Shown here: positions 18,422 through 27,200 of the stretch, piece after piece
Layout of the letters: each line of letters begins with the position of its first letter
Numbering within the stretch: the stretch's first letter is position 1
Source: Verrucomicrobiota bacterium
GTDB lineage: Bacteria > Verrucomicrobiota > Verrucomicrobiia > Verrucomicrobiales > DEV007
Direction of reading: 5' to 3'
Assembly: GCA_045046875.1 (NCBI GenBank)
Contig: JASFYY010000075.1
Span: forward strand, 1 to 29,260
Length of the DNA stretch: 29,260 nt
Notes under the pieces: model-generated
What the model saw: the letters and a program-made list of their open reading frames with translations, nothing else
What the model was told of the DNA's origin: nothing
The model's database searches: none
Made by a program: the position numbers and the translations under genes

Positions 18422-21073
18422 ATGCAACATTCACAATTCATTTCCCCCATTTCCTGTCTATTGCTGATGGCTTTTAATCTTCAGGTATCGCATGCCTCCG
18501 ACCCTGAGCCTGTCCTGAAAATTTTGCAGCCGGGAGTGCGAATGACCTTGATGGCGGAGCACCCCGATCTGGAGACGCCGATCGGTTTGGACGTTGACGG
18601 GCAGGGACGCCTTTGGGTGGTGGAGAGTCACACTCACTTCCGCCCGGAGAGCTATCAAGGTTCGCCGCACGATGAGATTGTGGTTTTTTCGGATAGGGAT
18701 GGGGATGGACGGACAGAACATCGTAGCGTGTTCTACAATGCCACCGCCGCTACGATGGATCTGGAGCTCGGGCCGGACGGCTGGGTGTATTTGGCGGAAC
18801 GGGATCGCATTCTGCGGATCAAGGACAGCGACGGTGATGGCAAGGCGGATGTGGAGGAAAACCTGGCGACTCTGGAAACGGAAGGTGATTATCCGCATAA
18901 CGCACTTGCTGGGTTGGGATGGGATGTGGATGGTAATCTGATGTTTGGCCTGGGAGAAAATCACGCTAAAGCGTGGACCCTGACCGGAACGGACGGGACA
19001 AGTTTTCGCGGATTTGGGGAAGGGGGGGTGTTTCGTTGTGATGCGCAGGGGGGGAAGTTGAGGCGTGTCGCAAGAGGTTTCTGGAATCCGTTTGCGCTGT
19101 GTGTGCGTGGAGATGGCGAGATTTTTCTGGTCGACAATGATCCCAGTGAGCGGCCGCCTTGTCGCCTACTGCATATTGTCGAGGGAGGTGAATACGGTTT
19201 CCAGCGGGCTTATGGTAAGGAGGCACATCATCCCTTTGTTTGCTGGAATGGGGAATTGCGTGGTACGCTGCCGATGCTGTATCCCAGCGGTGAGGCTCCT
19301 TGCGGGGTGCAGGCACTAGGGCAGGGCTTGGTGGGTTTGACCTGGGGGGATCACCGGGTGGATTTTTATCCCTTGGAACGAAAGGGGATGGGATTTCAAA
19401 CCCGGCGAGTGGTTCTAGTGGAGGGCGGGCGCTATTTTCGCCCAGTTTGTCTGACCCGGGGCAAAGCGGTGGACGGCAGGATGGTTTTTTATATGACTGA
19501 TTGGGTGAAGGATGACTATGTCCTGCATGGCAAGGGGCGTTTGTGGAAAATGGAAATTGATCTAGCAGAGGCCGCCCCATGGCTGGGAAAAGGGGCGTCA
19601 CAGGAACCTGACGAAATGACGCTGCGGGCAGCGAAATTGCGGGACGGATCGCATGGTCTGACACGCGCGGGAATGTTGAAGCTCGCCAGTGACAAGGATC
19701 CGTATCTCGCCCAGGCGGCCTTGATGGGGCTGGCCAGAGAATCATCGGATTGGACGCCGGCGGAAGTCAATAGTTGGCGGCCAGCTGATCGCTTGTCGGC
19801 TTTACTCGCGTTGAAGATGTCTGTGCGCAACCTTGGGCGGGAGGTGGACGAAGAAGCCTGGCTGCGACCATTTATGGCTGATGAAAATTTCGGGATCCAA
19901 TTCGAAGCCTTGCGCTGGATCGCTGATGAGCGACTGGAGCAATTTTTGCCACAGGTGAAAGATCTACTGAGCAAACCTGGTTTGGATTTTCGCTTGTTCG
20001 AGGCGATTGCAGCGACCTGGAATTCCCTTTCAGGGGAGCCTGGGAAAGGAGTTCGCAATACGGCAATGTTGCTTGAGCAAGTGCATAACCCGGCGGCTTC
20101 ACCGGAAATCAGGGCATACGCCTTGCGTTTGTTGCCGGCCCGACCCCGCAACGCTTCGACCAAGGGAGTGTCGTTGTCCATTCCCTTTCCCAAAGGGTTA
20201 ACGCTGAAACTTTTGGAGCAGCTGCTTGTCATTGGTGACGAGGAATTGTCGCGCGAAGTTGTGCAGACTTTGGCGGGCAATCCAAAGGTGGGTCGAAAAC
20301 GCCTGGCCGCCATAGCAAAAGATCCCGATCAGACACCAACATTGAGGGCGGACGCGATCGCCGGTCTTGCATCAGTGAGCGCCGAGTATTTGTCGCTGCT
20401 GTTGCAGCTGGCCACAGTGGATGAGCGGCTGGTTCGTGAGGAAGCGTTGCGCAGCCTGCGATACGCTAAGTTATCAGGGGATCAGACCGAGAGCTTGCGT
20501 AAGGTGTCGAAAGCTCATCCGGATTCGGCGGTGCTGGTGAAGGCGATTCTCGAACCTACTTCATTGGCAGCGGGGCGTCCTGCGATCACCGATACCACAG
20601 CCTGGCTCAAGCGACTGGATGCGTTGCCCGGGCCCGCAGATTTGAAAGCCGGGCAGCGGATTTTTAATCATTCGACCATCGGCACCTGTTCGCGTTGTCA
20701 TCGCCATAATGGTCGCGGAGCGGTGGTGGGACCCGATCTTGGTGCGGTGGAAAAAAAGGGGGATCGCCAATGGATCCTGCAGTCCATTCTGAACCCCAAT
20801 TTTGAAATCGCCCCGGAATACCTGCCGACTATGGTATCGTTGAAAGACGGAACCTCACTGATTGGATTTCCTCTGCGGATCAATCGATCAGGCCCCGAAG
20901 TGATGCGGGATGTCAATGGGCAGAACCGCAGCTTCAATCGTGATGATGTCGTGTCCCAGCAGGATTTGCGCATGTCGTTGATGCCTGTCGGCCTGCCGCT
21001 TGCGATGACGGATCGAGAGTTGCGTGATTTGCTCGCCTATCTTGAAAGTGCTGGGCAAAATGCTACAAAATAG
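18422..21073 (+). CDS. PVC-type heme-binding CxxCH protein (membrane-bound dehydrogenase-like propeller + HEAT-like repeats + cytochrome c domain)
   Basis: RBS gaggag; signal peptide; PIGLDVDGQGRLWV, DSDGDGKAD, ARGFWNPF; helical middle region; CSRCH...VGPDL...SILNPN...SLMP...DLLAYL. Confidence 0.88.
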   Translation: MQHSQFISPISCLLLMAFNLQVSHASDPEPVLKILQPGVRMTLMAEHPDLETPIGLDVDGQGRLWVVESHTHFRPESYQGSPHDEIVVFSDRDGDGRTEHRSVFYNATAATMDLELGPDGWVYLAERDRILRIKDSDGDGKADVEENLATLETEGDYPHNALAGLGWDVDGNLMFGLGENHAKAWTLTGTDGTSFRGFGEGGVFRCDAQGGKLRRVARGFWNPFALCVRGDGEIFLVDNDPSERPPCRLLHIVEGGEYGFQRAYGKEAHHPFVCWNGELRGTLPMLYPSGEAPCGVQALGQGLVGLTWGDHRVDFYPLERKGMGFQTRRVVLVEGGRYFRPVCLTRGKAVDGRMVFYMTDWVKDDYVLHGKGRLWKMEIDLAEAAPWLGKGASQEPDEMTLRAAKLRDGSHGLTRAGMLKLASDKDPYLAQAALMGLARESSDWTPAEVNSWRPADRLSALLALKMSVRNLGREVDEEAWLRPFMADENFGIQFEALRWIADERLEQFLPQVKDLLSKPGLDFRLFEAIAATWNSLSGEPGKGVRNTAMLLEQVHNPAASPEIRAYALRLLPARPRNASTKGVSLSIPFPKGLTLKLLEQLLVIGDEELSREVVQTLAGNPKVGRKRLAAIAKDPDQTPTLRADAIAGLASVSAEYLSLLLQLATVDERLVREEALRSLRYAKLSGDQTESLRKVSKAHPDSAVLVKAILEPTSLAAGRPAITDTTAWLKRLDALPGPADLKAGQRIFNHSTIGTCSRCHRHNGRGAVVGPDLGAVEKKGDRQWILQSILNPNFEIAPEYLPTMVSLKDGTSLIGFPLRINRSGPEVMRDVNGQNRSFNRDDVVSQQDLRMSLMPVGLPLAMTDRELRDLLAYLESAGQNATK

Positions 21074-21136
21074 GGGTTAAATTGCTATTGTGGAAGTGGT
21101 AGGCTGTGGTGATGTTCTGCTGGTCGAAAAACCCCA
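21054..21136 (+). repeat. Direct repeat copy 2 (44-bp core 21054-21097 plus degenerate tail)
   Basis: ggcaaaatgctacaaaataggggttaaattgctattgtggaagt; exactly 4300 bp from copy 1; contains the TAG stop (21071-21073) of the upstream gene. Confidence 0.92.
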
Positions 21137-21167
21137 CCCTCGAAAAACCCCAGCCCGATTGATTTCA

Positions 21168-22988
21168 ATGAACGGATTACTGATAGGCACTTTAATTAAA
21201 GGCAGACGGGCAAGCGGGAGCTTGCCCACGACAGTTGTTTTGTTGATGTTTATTTGGGTGCTTGGCGGGTTTTCATCTTTGCTTGCCGCTGAGCAGCCGA
21301 ACATTCTTTTGATCGTCACCGACGATCAGGGTTACTGGGACACGGGGATTTCCGGAAATCCGGATATTGAGACGCCAAATATGGATCGACTGGCAAAGGA
21401 CGGGGTTCAATTTTCCCGCTTCTATAGTGCGCCGGTTTGCGCGCCGACCCGTGCCGGACTGATGACGGGTCGCTATTACTTGCGGACCGGATTGTATAAC
21501 ACTCGTTTTGGCGGGGACACCCTGGGGAAAAATGAAATCACCGTAGCGCAGTTGCTGAAGAAGGCTGGCTACAGGACAGGCATTTTTGGTAAGTGGCATC
21601 TGGGTAAGTATTTTGGTTACCAACCGAATCAACGCGGCTTTGATGAGTTTCTCGGGCATTATCATGGACATATTGAACGTTATTCTTTTCCTGATCAGAT
21701 TTACCACAACGGCAAACCAGTTGAGGCACGGGGTTACGTTACGGATTTGTTCACTGATGCGGCGATGGATTTCATCGAGGCGAGCCAACAGAAAAAGGAA
21801 AAGTTTTTTTGTTATCTTGCTTACAATGCACCGCACTCACCTTTCCTCTTGGATACTTCTCATTTTGACCAACCGGAGGGCGACAAGATCCTCGAAAAGT
21901 ATTTGAAGAAAGGCTTGGCGATGCGCGATGCGCGGATTTATTCGCTGGTCGAGCGCATTGACATCAATCTGGGGCGGTTATTTGAAAAAATAGACCACTT
22001 GGGATTGCGGGAAGACACGGTGGTATTGTTCATGAGCGACAATGGTGGAGTGAGTCGACATTTCAAGGCCGGCATCAAGGGCAACAAGTCTTCCGCCTAT
22101 GAAGGTGGAGTGCGCGCGCCTTTGTTTGTGCGTTGGCCGGGACATTTCCCATCGGGCGGGATGGTGGAGGGGCAGGCATCCCATGTGGACATGCTACCGA
22201 CTTTCTGTGAACTGGCCGGGGTGCCGGTACCGAAAGATCGAAAGATAGACGGGAAAAGTCTGGTGCCCTTGCTGAAAAAAGGGAAGGGCAAGAGCCATCA
22301 CGAGTATGTTTACCACACTTGGGACCGCTATTATCCTAATCCGGATCGGCGCTGGAGCGTGAGTGACCAGCGTTGGAAACTGGTGGGTTTGTTCGGATCC
22401 AAAACAGAACCCAGTCCGTCAAAATGGAAGCTCTACGATTTGCAGAACGATCCAGGGGAAAGCGAGAACCTCATGGCGAGCGAACAGGGTCATGTGAAAC
22501 GTTTGCGCAAGGAATTTGTGAGATGGTTTGATGATGTGACCGATGGAGTGGACTACCATCCGGCCCCCATTCCGGTTGGAAATGCAGAAGAGAACCCCGT
22601 TGAGATCCAGCCGAGTTGGGCGAAGTGGGAGGGGGATAATGTGCAGTATACTTTCGATGGCTACGATTGGGACACGATCGATGGATGGAAAGTGCCGGGG
22701 GAATATGCGGAATGGAATCTGGAGGTGGTGAAGGCCGGGGTTTATGAGGTGCGGATTGCCTATGGATGTTCGCCGGTGAAGATGGGTGGAAAGCTGAGGA
22801 TTTCAGCGGGGAAGACAGCGGTCGATTTCAAGGTTGAACCGACGGGCAGCGGGGAGGTGTTTGCCCGTAAGGTGATAGGGGTTTTGGAATTGCCCGAGGG
22901 TCCAGTGAAGCTGCGTGCAGAAGTCACGGAGATCGAGGGGGATGAGTTGATGCGTTTGAACCGCATCTGGTTGAAGAAGAAAAATTGA
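21168..22988 (+). CDS. Secreted arylsulfatase-like Cys-type sulfatase with C-terminal CBM-like beta-sandwich
   Basis: AAEQPNIL, TDDQG, CAPTRAGLMTG, GKWHLG, NAPHSP, SDNG, YEGGVRAP; C-terminal AEWNLEVVKAGVYEVRIAY. Start uncertain (GTG 21090, ATG 21168 or later). Confidence 0.92.
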   Translation: MNGLLIGTLIKGRRASGSLPTTVVLLMFIWVLGGFSSLLAAEQPNILLIVTDDQGYWDTGISGNPDIETPNMDRLAKDGVQFSRFYSAPVCAPTRAGLMTGRYYLRTGLYNTRFGGDTLGKNEITVAQLLKKAGYRTGIFGKWHLGKYFGYQPNQRGFDEFLGHYHGHIERYSFPDQIYHNGKPVEARGYVTDLFTDAAMDFIEASQQKKEKFFCYLAYNAPHSPFLLDTSHFDQPEGDKILEKYLKKGLAMRDARIYSLVERIDINLGRLFEKIDHLGLREDTVVLFMSDNGGVSRHFKAGIKGNKSSAYEGGVRAPLFVRWPGHFPSGGMVEGQASHVDMLPTFCELAGVPVPKDRKIDGKSLVPLLKKGKGKSHHEYVYHTWDRYYPNPDRRWSVSDQRWKLVGLFGSKTEPSPSKWKLYDLQNDPGESENLMASEQGHVKRLRKEFVRWFDDVTDGVDYHPAPIPVGNAEENPVEIQPSWAKWEGDNVQYTFDGYDWDTIDGWKVPGEYAEWNLEVVKAGVYEVRIAYGCSPVKMGGKLRISAGKTAVDFKVEPTGSGEVFARKVIGVLELPEGPVKLRAEVTEIEGDELMRLNRIWLKKKN

Positions 22989-23038
22989 TGACGGGTGGTA
23001 GCTCTTTTTAAAATCTGAATAAACAAGTAACGAAACCA

Positions 23039-23710
23039 ATGAATAAAATTATTTTCGCAATGTGTGTTTTGATGTCGGTATGGTGTTCCGCATCGCTTGC
23101 TGATGATGGCAAAACATCAGCGTCAAAATTAAAAAATGTCATTCTGTTCGGTGATTCCATCCGCATGGGGTACCAGAAGGAAGTCGTAAAAAATCTCAAA
23201 GGGAAAGCCGTTGTATGGGCTCCGGAGGACAACTGCCGTCATTCAAAATACCTGTTGGAGAGTCTCGACAAATGGTTGAAAGGCAGGAATCCGGACGTCA
23301 TTCATATCAACTGCGGCCTGCACGATATGTTTTTGGACAAAAATGGCAAATGCCGTCACAGCGTGGACGAGTACGCGGATACATTAAGACTGATTTTCAA
23401 GAGGCTGAAAAAAACAAACGCTCACGCCGTTGTGATTTTTGCGTTAACGACAGCGGTGGATGAAAAACGCCAGATCACATCCAAGAATTATGGGCGCCTT
23501 GTCAGGAGGAACAGTGATGTGGATAGTTATAATAAAAAGGCGATCGAAATCGCGAAGGAATTTGATGTTCAAATTAATGATCTCAATACACCAATCAAAA
23601 AAGCCGGAGTTGAAAACATGCTGGTTGACGATGGGATTCACCTTAATTCAAAGGGAGCCAGGGAAATAGGAGCTCTGGTCGCCGAAGTGATTGATCATGC
23701 GGGAAAGTAA
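23039..23710 (+). CDS. Secreted SGNH/GDSL hydrolase
   Basis: Block I FGDSI, block III INCGLHD, block V DGIH; signal peptide. Confidence 0.9.
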   Translation: MNKIIFAMCVLMSVWCSASLADDGKTSASKLKNVILFGDSIRMGYQKEVVKNLKGKAVVWAPEDNCRHSKYLLESLDKWLKGRNPDVIHINCGLHDMFLDKNGKCRHSVDEYADTLRLIFKRLKKTNAHAVVIFALTTAVDEKRQITSKNYGRLVRRNSDVDSYNKKAIEIAKEFDVQINDLNTPIKKAGVENMLVDDGIHLNSKGAREIGALVAEVIDHAGK

Positions 23711-23761
23711 TTTCACCTGCTGTCAGTGATTTTTTTGTGATTCCACACCACCCCCGAACTT

Positions 23762-25684
23762 ATGGAGAGAAAAACTCGTTCATCTTTAACCCTGTTATGG
23801 GCGATTTTATGTTTGTTGGTTCGATTGGTCGGAGCTGAGGCAGCTGATGCGGCAAAAAATGCCGGAGAGTATGACCTTGCGGCCCATTATGACAAAACTG
23901 AATATATGATATCGATGCGAGACGGGGCGAAACTCTTCACCGCTGTCTATACGCCGAAAAACAAGAGTCAAAAGTATCCGATTCTACTGTTCCGGACTCC
24001 CTATTCGATTCGTTATTACGGTGAGAAATTTTCTCCCACCAATCGCATGGCGCCTTCGCAGAAGTTTGTGGAGGATGGTTATATTTTTGTATTTCAGGAT
24101 ATTCGTGGCACTTACAAGTCGGAGGGGGAGTTCGAGGTGATGAAACCCCTGCGGCTTGACAAGTCTAATCCTAAAGCGGCTGACGAAAGCACTGATGCCT
24201 ATGACACCATTGATTGGTTGCTTGGCAATGTAAAAAACCACAACGGCCGCGTCGGACAGTGGGGGGGTTCCTACATGGGCTGGACCACGGTGATGGGAAT
24301 GGTGGATGCTCATCCGGCTCTCAAAGCATCGTCGCCCCAGGCATCCCCTTCTGATATGTTCATCGGTGACGACTGGCATCACAACGGTGCTTTTCGACTG
24401 ATGTATACCTTTTGGTGGATGAGTATGGCTGCTCAAAAACGTGATACACCTACGGAGCAGCGTCCCGAGCGTTTTCGCTATGGCACTCCATGGGGCTACG
24501 AGTTTTTCCTCCATTGCGGACCGACTGCCAAGCTCAATGAGAAATATTTCAATGGAGCGATCCCCACCTGGAAAGATTTCATTAAGCATCCGAATTACGA
24601 TGATTTCTGGCAGCGCCAGAATGCCTTGCGGTATATGAACAACATCAAACTTCCGGTTCTCAATGTGGCGGGTTGGTTTGATGCGGAGGATTTTTACGGA
24701 GCGGTGTCCATTTACCACGAAATCGAAAAGCGCAATCCGAAAAACAACAGCACACTGGTCTCCGGCCCTTGGCAGCATGGTGGGTGGTCCAGAAGCAGTG
24801 GGCGCACATTGGGAGATGTCGACTTTGGTTCGGACACTGCCGAATGGTATCGGGAGAACGTGGTTTTCCCCTTCTTTCAGTTCTATTTAAAAGACAAGGG
24901 GAAATGGAATCCATCCGAGGCAATTGTATTTGAGACAGGTCGCAACCAGTGGCGTGAGTTCGATCACTGGCCGCCGAAAAATGTTACTTACCGGAATTTG
25001 TACTTCCACGAAAGAGGGCAGTTGAATTTCACCCAACCGGGGGAAGACGATGTGGCAGACAAGTACATCAGCGATCCTCACAAACCGGTGCCGTATTCCA
25101 CAGGGATCCGCAAAACCCCGGGACACACCTGGATGATTGAGGATCAGCGTCAGGTTTCGACAAGGCCGGATGTGCTGACTTACCAAACCTCTGTGCTTGA
25201 GGAGGATATTACTATTGCCGGGCCTATCGATGTCAGGCTTTTTGTGTCTACCGATGGCACCGACGCGGATTATTTTGTCAAACTGATTGATGTCTTACCC
25301 GACAACACTCCGGCGCCGGACCCCAATCCCAGGGGTGTCGCTATGGGCCATTACCAGATGTTGGTGGGGGTCGAGGTCATGCGGGCTCGATACCGGGAAA
25401 GTTTCAGTGATCCCAAGCCTTTGGTGAAAAACAAAGTGACCCCGGTCAACTTCACTATATGGGATAAATTTCATACTTTTAAAAAAGGGCATCGGATTAT
25501 GGTGCAGATTCACTCCACATGGTTCCCAGCCTATGATCGGAATCCGCAGCAGTTTATTGATATTTACGCAGCTACGGAAGACGAGCTGACCATTGCTACG
25601 CAGCGAATTCATCGTGCGAGCAAAAACCCATCCCATTTGGTGTTGCCGGTTATCGAAGGGGATCACGGTTCGGGTAAAAAATAG
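23762..25684 (+). CDS. CocE/NonD family serine hydrolase (alpha-amino acid ester hydrolase / glutaryl-7-ACA acylase-like)
   Basis: MRDGAKLFT, RTPY, QDIRG..KSEG, nucleophile GGSYMG, DDWHHNGAFRL, GWFDAED, GPWQHG, PepX_C-like HTFKKGHRIMVQI. Confidence 0.92.
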   Translation: MERKTRSSLTLLWAILCLLVRLVGAEAADAAKNAGEYDLAAHYDKTEYMISMRDGAKLFTAVYTPKNKSQKYPILLFRTPYSIRYYGEKFSPTNRMAPSQKFVEDGYIFVFQDIRGTYKSEGEFEVMKPLRLDKSNPKAADESTDAYDTIDWLLGNVKNHNGRVGQWGGSYMGWTTVMGMVDAHPALKASSPQASPSDMFIGDDWHHNGAFRLMYTFWWMSMAAQKRDTPTEQRPERFRYGTPWGYEFFLHCGPTAKLNEKYFNGAIPTWKDFIKHPNYDDFWQRQNALRYMNNIKLPVLNVAGWFDAEDFYGAVSIYHEIEKRNPKNNSTLVSGPWQHGGWSRSSGRTLGDVDFGSDTAEWYRENVVFPFFQFYLKDKGKWNPSEAIVFETGRNQWREFDHWPPKNVTYRNLYFHERGQLNFTQPGEDDVADKYISDPHKPVPYSTGIRKTPGHTWMIEDQRQVSTRPDVLTYQTSVLEEDITIAGPIDVRLFVSTDGTDADYFVKLIDVLPDNTPAPDPNPRGVAMGHYQMLVGVEVMRARYRESFSDPKPLVKNKVTPVNFTIWDKFHTFKKGHRIMVQIHSTWFPAYDRNPQQFIDIYAATEDELTIATQRIHRASKNPSHLVLPVIEGDHGSGKK

Positions 25685-25751
25685 TCAGAGGGAAATTTTA
25701 CAAACAATGGGACAGAGAAAAATACAGTTAAAAACAATAAAGGACCCGGAT

Positions 25752-27188
25752 ATGGGTGCTCGTCCGCCGAATAAGAAATGGGTTTTGGTTTTGGTGTTGA
25801 TGTTGCTGTTCTGTCATGCGTGTTTGCATTCGGCTGCCGCATCGGAAAAACCCAACATCGTGATGATCATCGCCGATGACCAGACCTATCGGGATTTTGG
25901 CTTCATGGGCAACGCGCAAGTGCAGACTCCTCATATCGATAGGTTGGCATCGCAGTCAGCTCGGTATGTGAACGGCTACGTGCCGACGAGTGTGTGCAGT
26001 CCGTCACTGGCGACTTTGCTGACGGGATTGTATCCGCATCAGCATGGGATTCATTACAATCATCCGCCACCGGGGAATTCGGCATTTAATCGTATGACTT
26101 CGCGCAGCGAATACGAACGAGTGCGGAGTCGTGGATTCGAATTGATTCAGTCGGTGGACACCTTGCCGCGGCTATTGGCGGGCGAAGGCTATCGTTGTAT
26201 GCAGACCGGAAAATTCTGGGAAGGGCATTATCGCAACGCAGGTTTCACCGAGGGCATGACAATTTTCAAACCGGTGCCTGAGCAGGAGTTCGGTGGCAAT
26301 CGCAAGTTGGCGAGTGGTGAGTTGGTTGCTCATGGCAATGGAGATTGGGGGTTGAAAATTGGTAGGGAAACGATGAAGCCTATTTACGATTTCATTGACG
26401 ATTGCAAGGTTAAGGAACAACCATTTTTTGTCTGGTATGCGCCGTATCTTCCCCATCAGCCGCATGATTCAACGAAGAAATTTTATGATTTGTATTCGGG
26501 TAAGAAGGATGTGCCGGAACATACGCTTCCCTATTATGCGAGCTGCAGTCAGTTTGATGAGACCGTGGGTAAGTTGGTGACATATGTTGAAGATAAGGGC
26601 TTGGCTAAAAATACGATTTTTGTGTTTGTTGTAGATAATGGCTGGACGCCGAGTGAGCGCCGCGAGAAAAAACGTCCGCAGGAATTTGCGCATACTAAAG
26701 AGAGCAAACGTTCGCCTTTTGAAGACGGTTTGAGAACGCCCATTCTGATTCGATGGGATGGAGTGGTGAAACCGGCAACGCATCAGGGATTGGTGAACAG
26801 TGTGGATATTGTGCCGACTTTGCTGAGGGCAACGGGTTTGGAAAAGCGGGCTGAGGATTTACCGGGAATTAATTTGATGCCGTCGGCCAAAGGTCTTGAG
26901 AAGCTGGACGCCGAACGTGCGGTCTTTGGTGAAATATTTCCCGGTGACGCATCGTCGCTTCGGCATCCTGAGCGTGACATTGCCTATCGCTGGGTGAGAC
27001 AGGGGGATCATAAGCTGATAGTGCCCCATGCGGAAAAAGGAATAGCCTGGGGAGATTACCTTGCTAAATCAGCGCTTTATGATTTGGCTCAGGATGCGGG
27101 GGAAACACAAAATTTGATTGGAAAAAACCAAACATTAGCCAAGCACCTGCAGCGATTGCTGGATGAGTGGTGGACACCCGCAAGTTAA
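25752..27188 (+). CDS. Secreted sulfatase-family protein with atypical signature
   Basis: EKPNIVMIIADDQ, TPHIDRLA, CSPSLATLLTG, LPHQPH, VDNGW, FEDGLRTP, LYDLAQDAGETQNL. Start at MGARPP (RBS aagga) is preferred; 25707 is possible. Confidence 0.88.
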   Translation: MGARPPNKKWVLVLVLMLLFCHACLHSAAASEKPNIVMIIADDQTYRDFGFMGNAQVQTPHIDRLASQSARYVNGYVPTSVCSPSLATLLTGLYPHQHGIHYNHPPPGNSAFNRMTSRSEYERVRSRGFELIQSVDTLPRLLAGEGYRCMQTGKFWEGHYRNAGFTEGMTIFKPVPEQEFGGNRKLASGELVAHGNGDWGLKIGRETMKPIYDFIDDCKVKEQPFFVWYAPYLPHQPHDSTKKFYDLYSGKKDVPEHTLPYYASCSQFDETVGKLVTYVEDKGLAKNTIFVFVVDNGWTPSERREKKRPQEFAHTKESKRSPFEDGLRTPILIRWDGVVKPATHQGLVNSVDIVPTLLRATGLEKRAEDLPGINLMPSAKGLEKLDAERAVFGEIFPGDASSLRHPERDIAYRWVRQGDHKLIVPHAEKGIAWGDYLAKSALYDLAQDAGETQNLIGKNQTLAKHLQRLLDEWWTPAS

Positions 27189-27200
27189 CAAACAGAAGAT

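Noticed and set aside
25593..25751. Long overlap between the CocE gene and the third sulfatase
   Set aside because: Artefact of the upstream TTG start call; the signal peptide and RBS point to 25752 or 25707.
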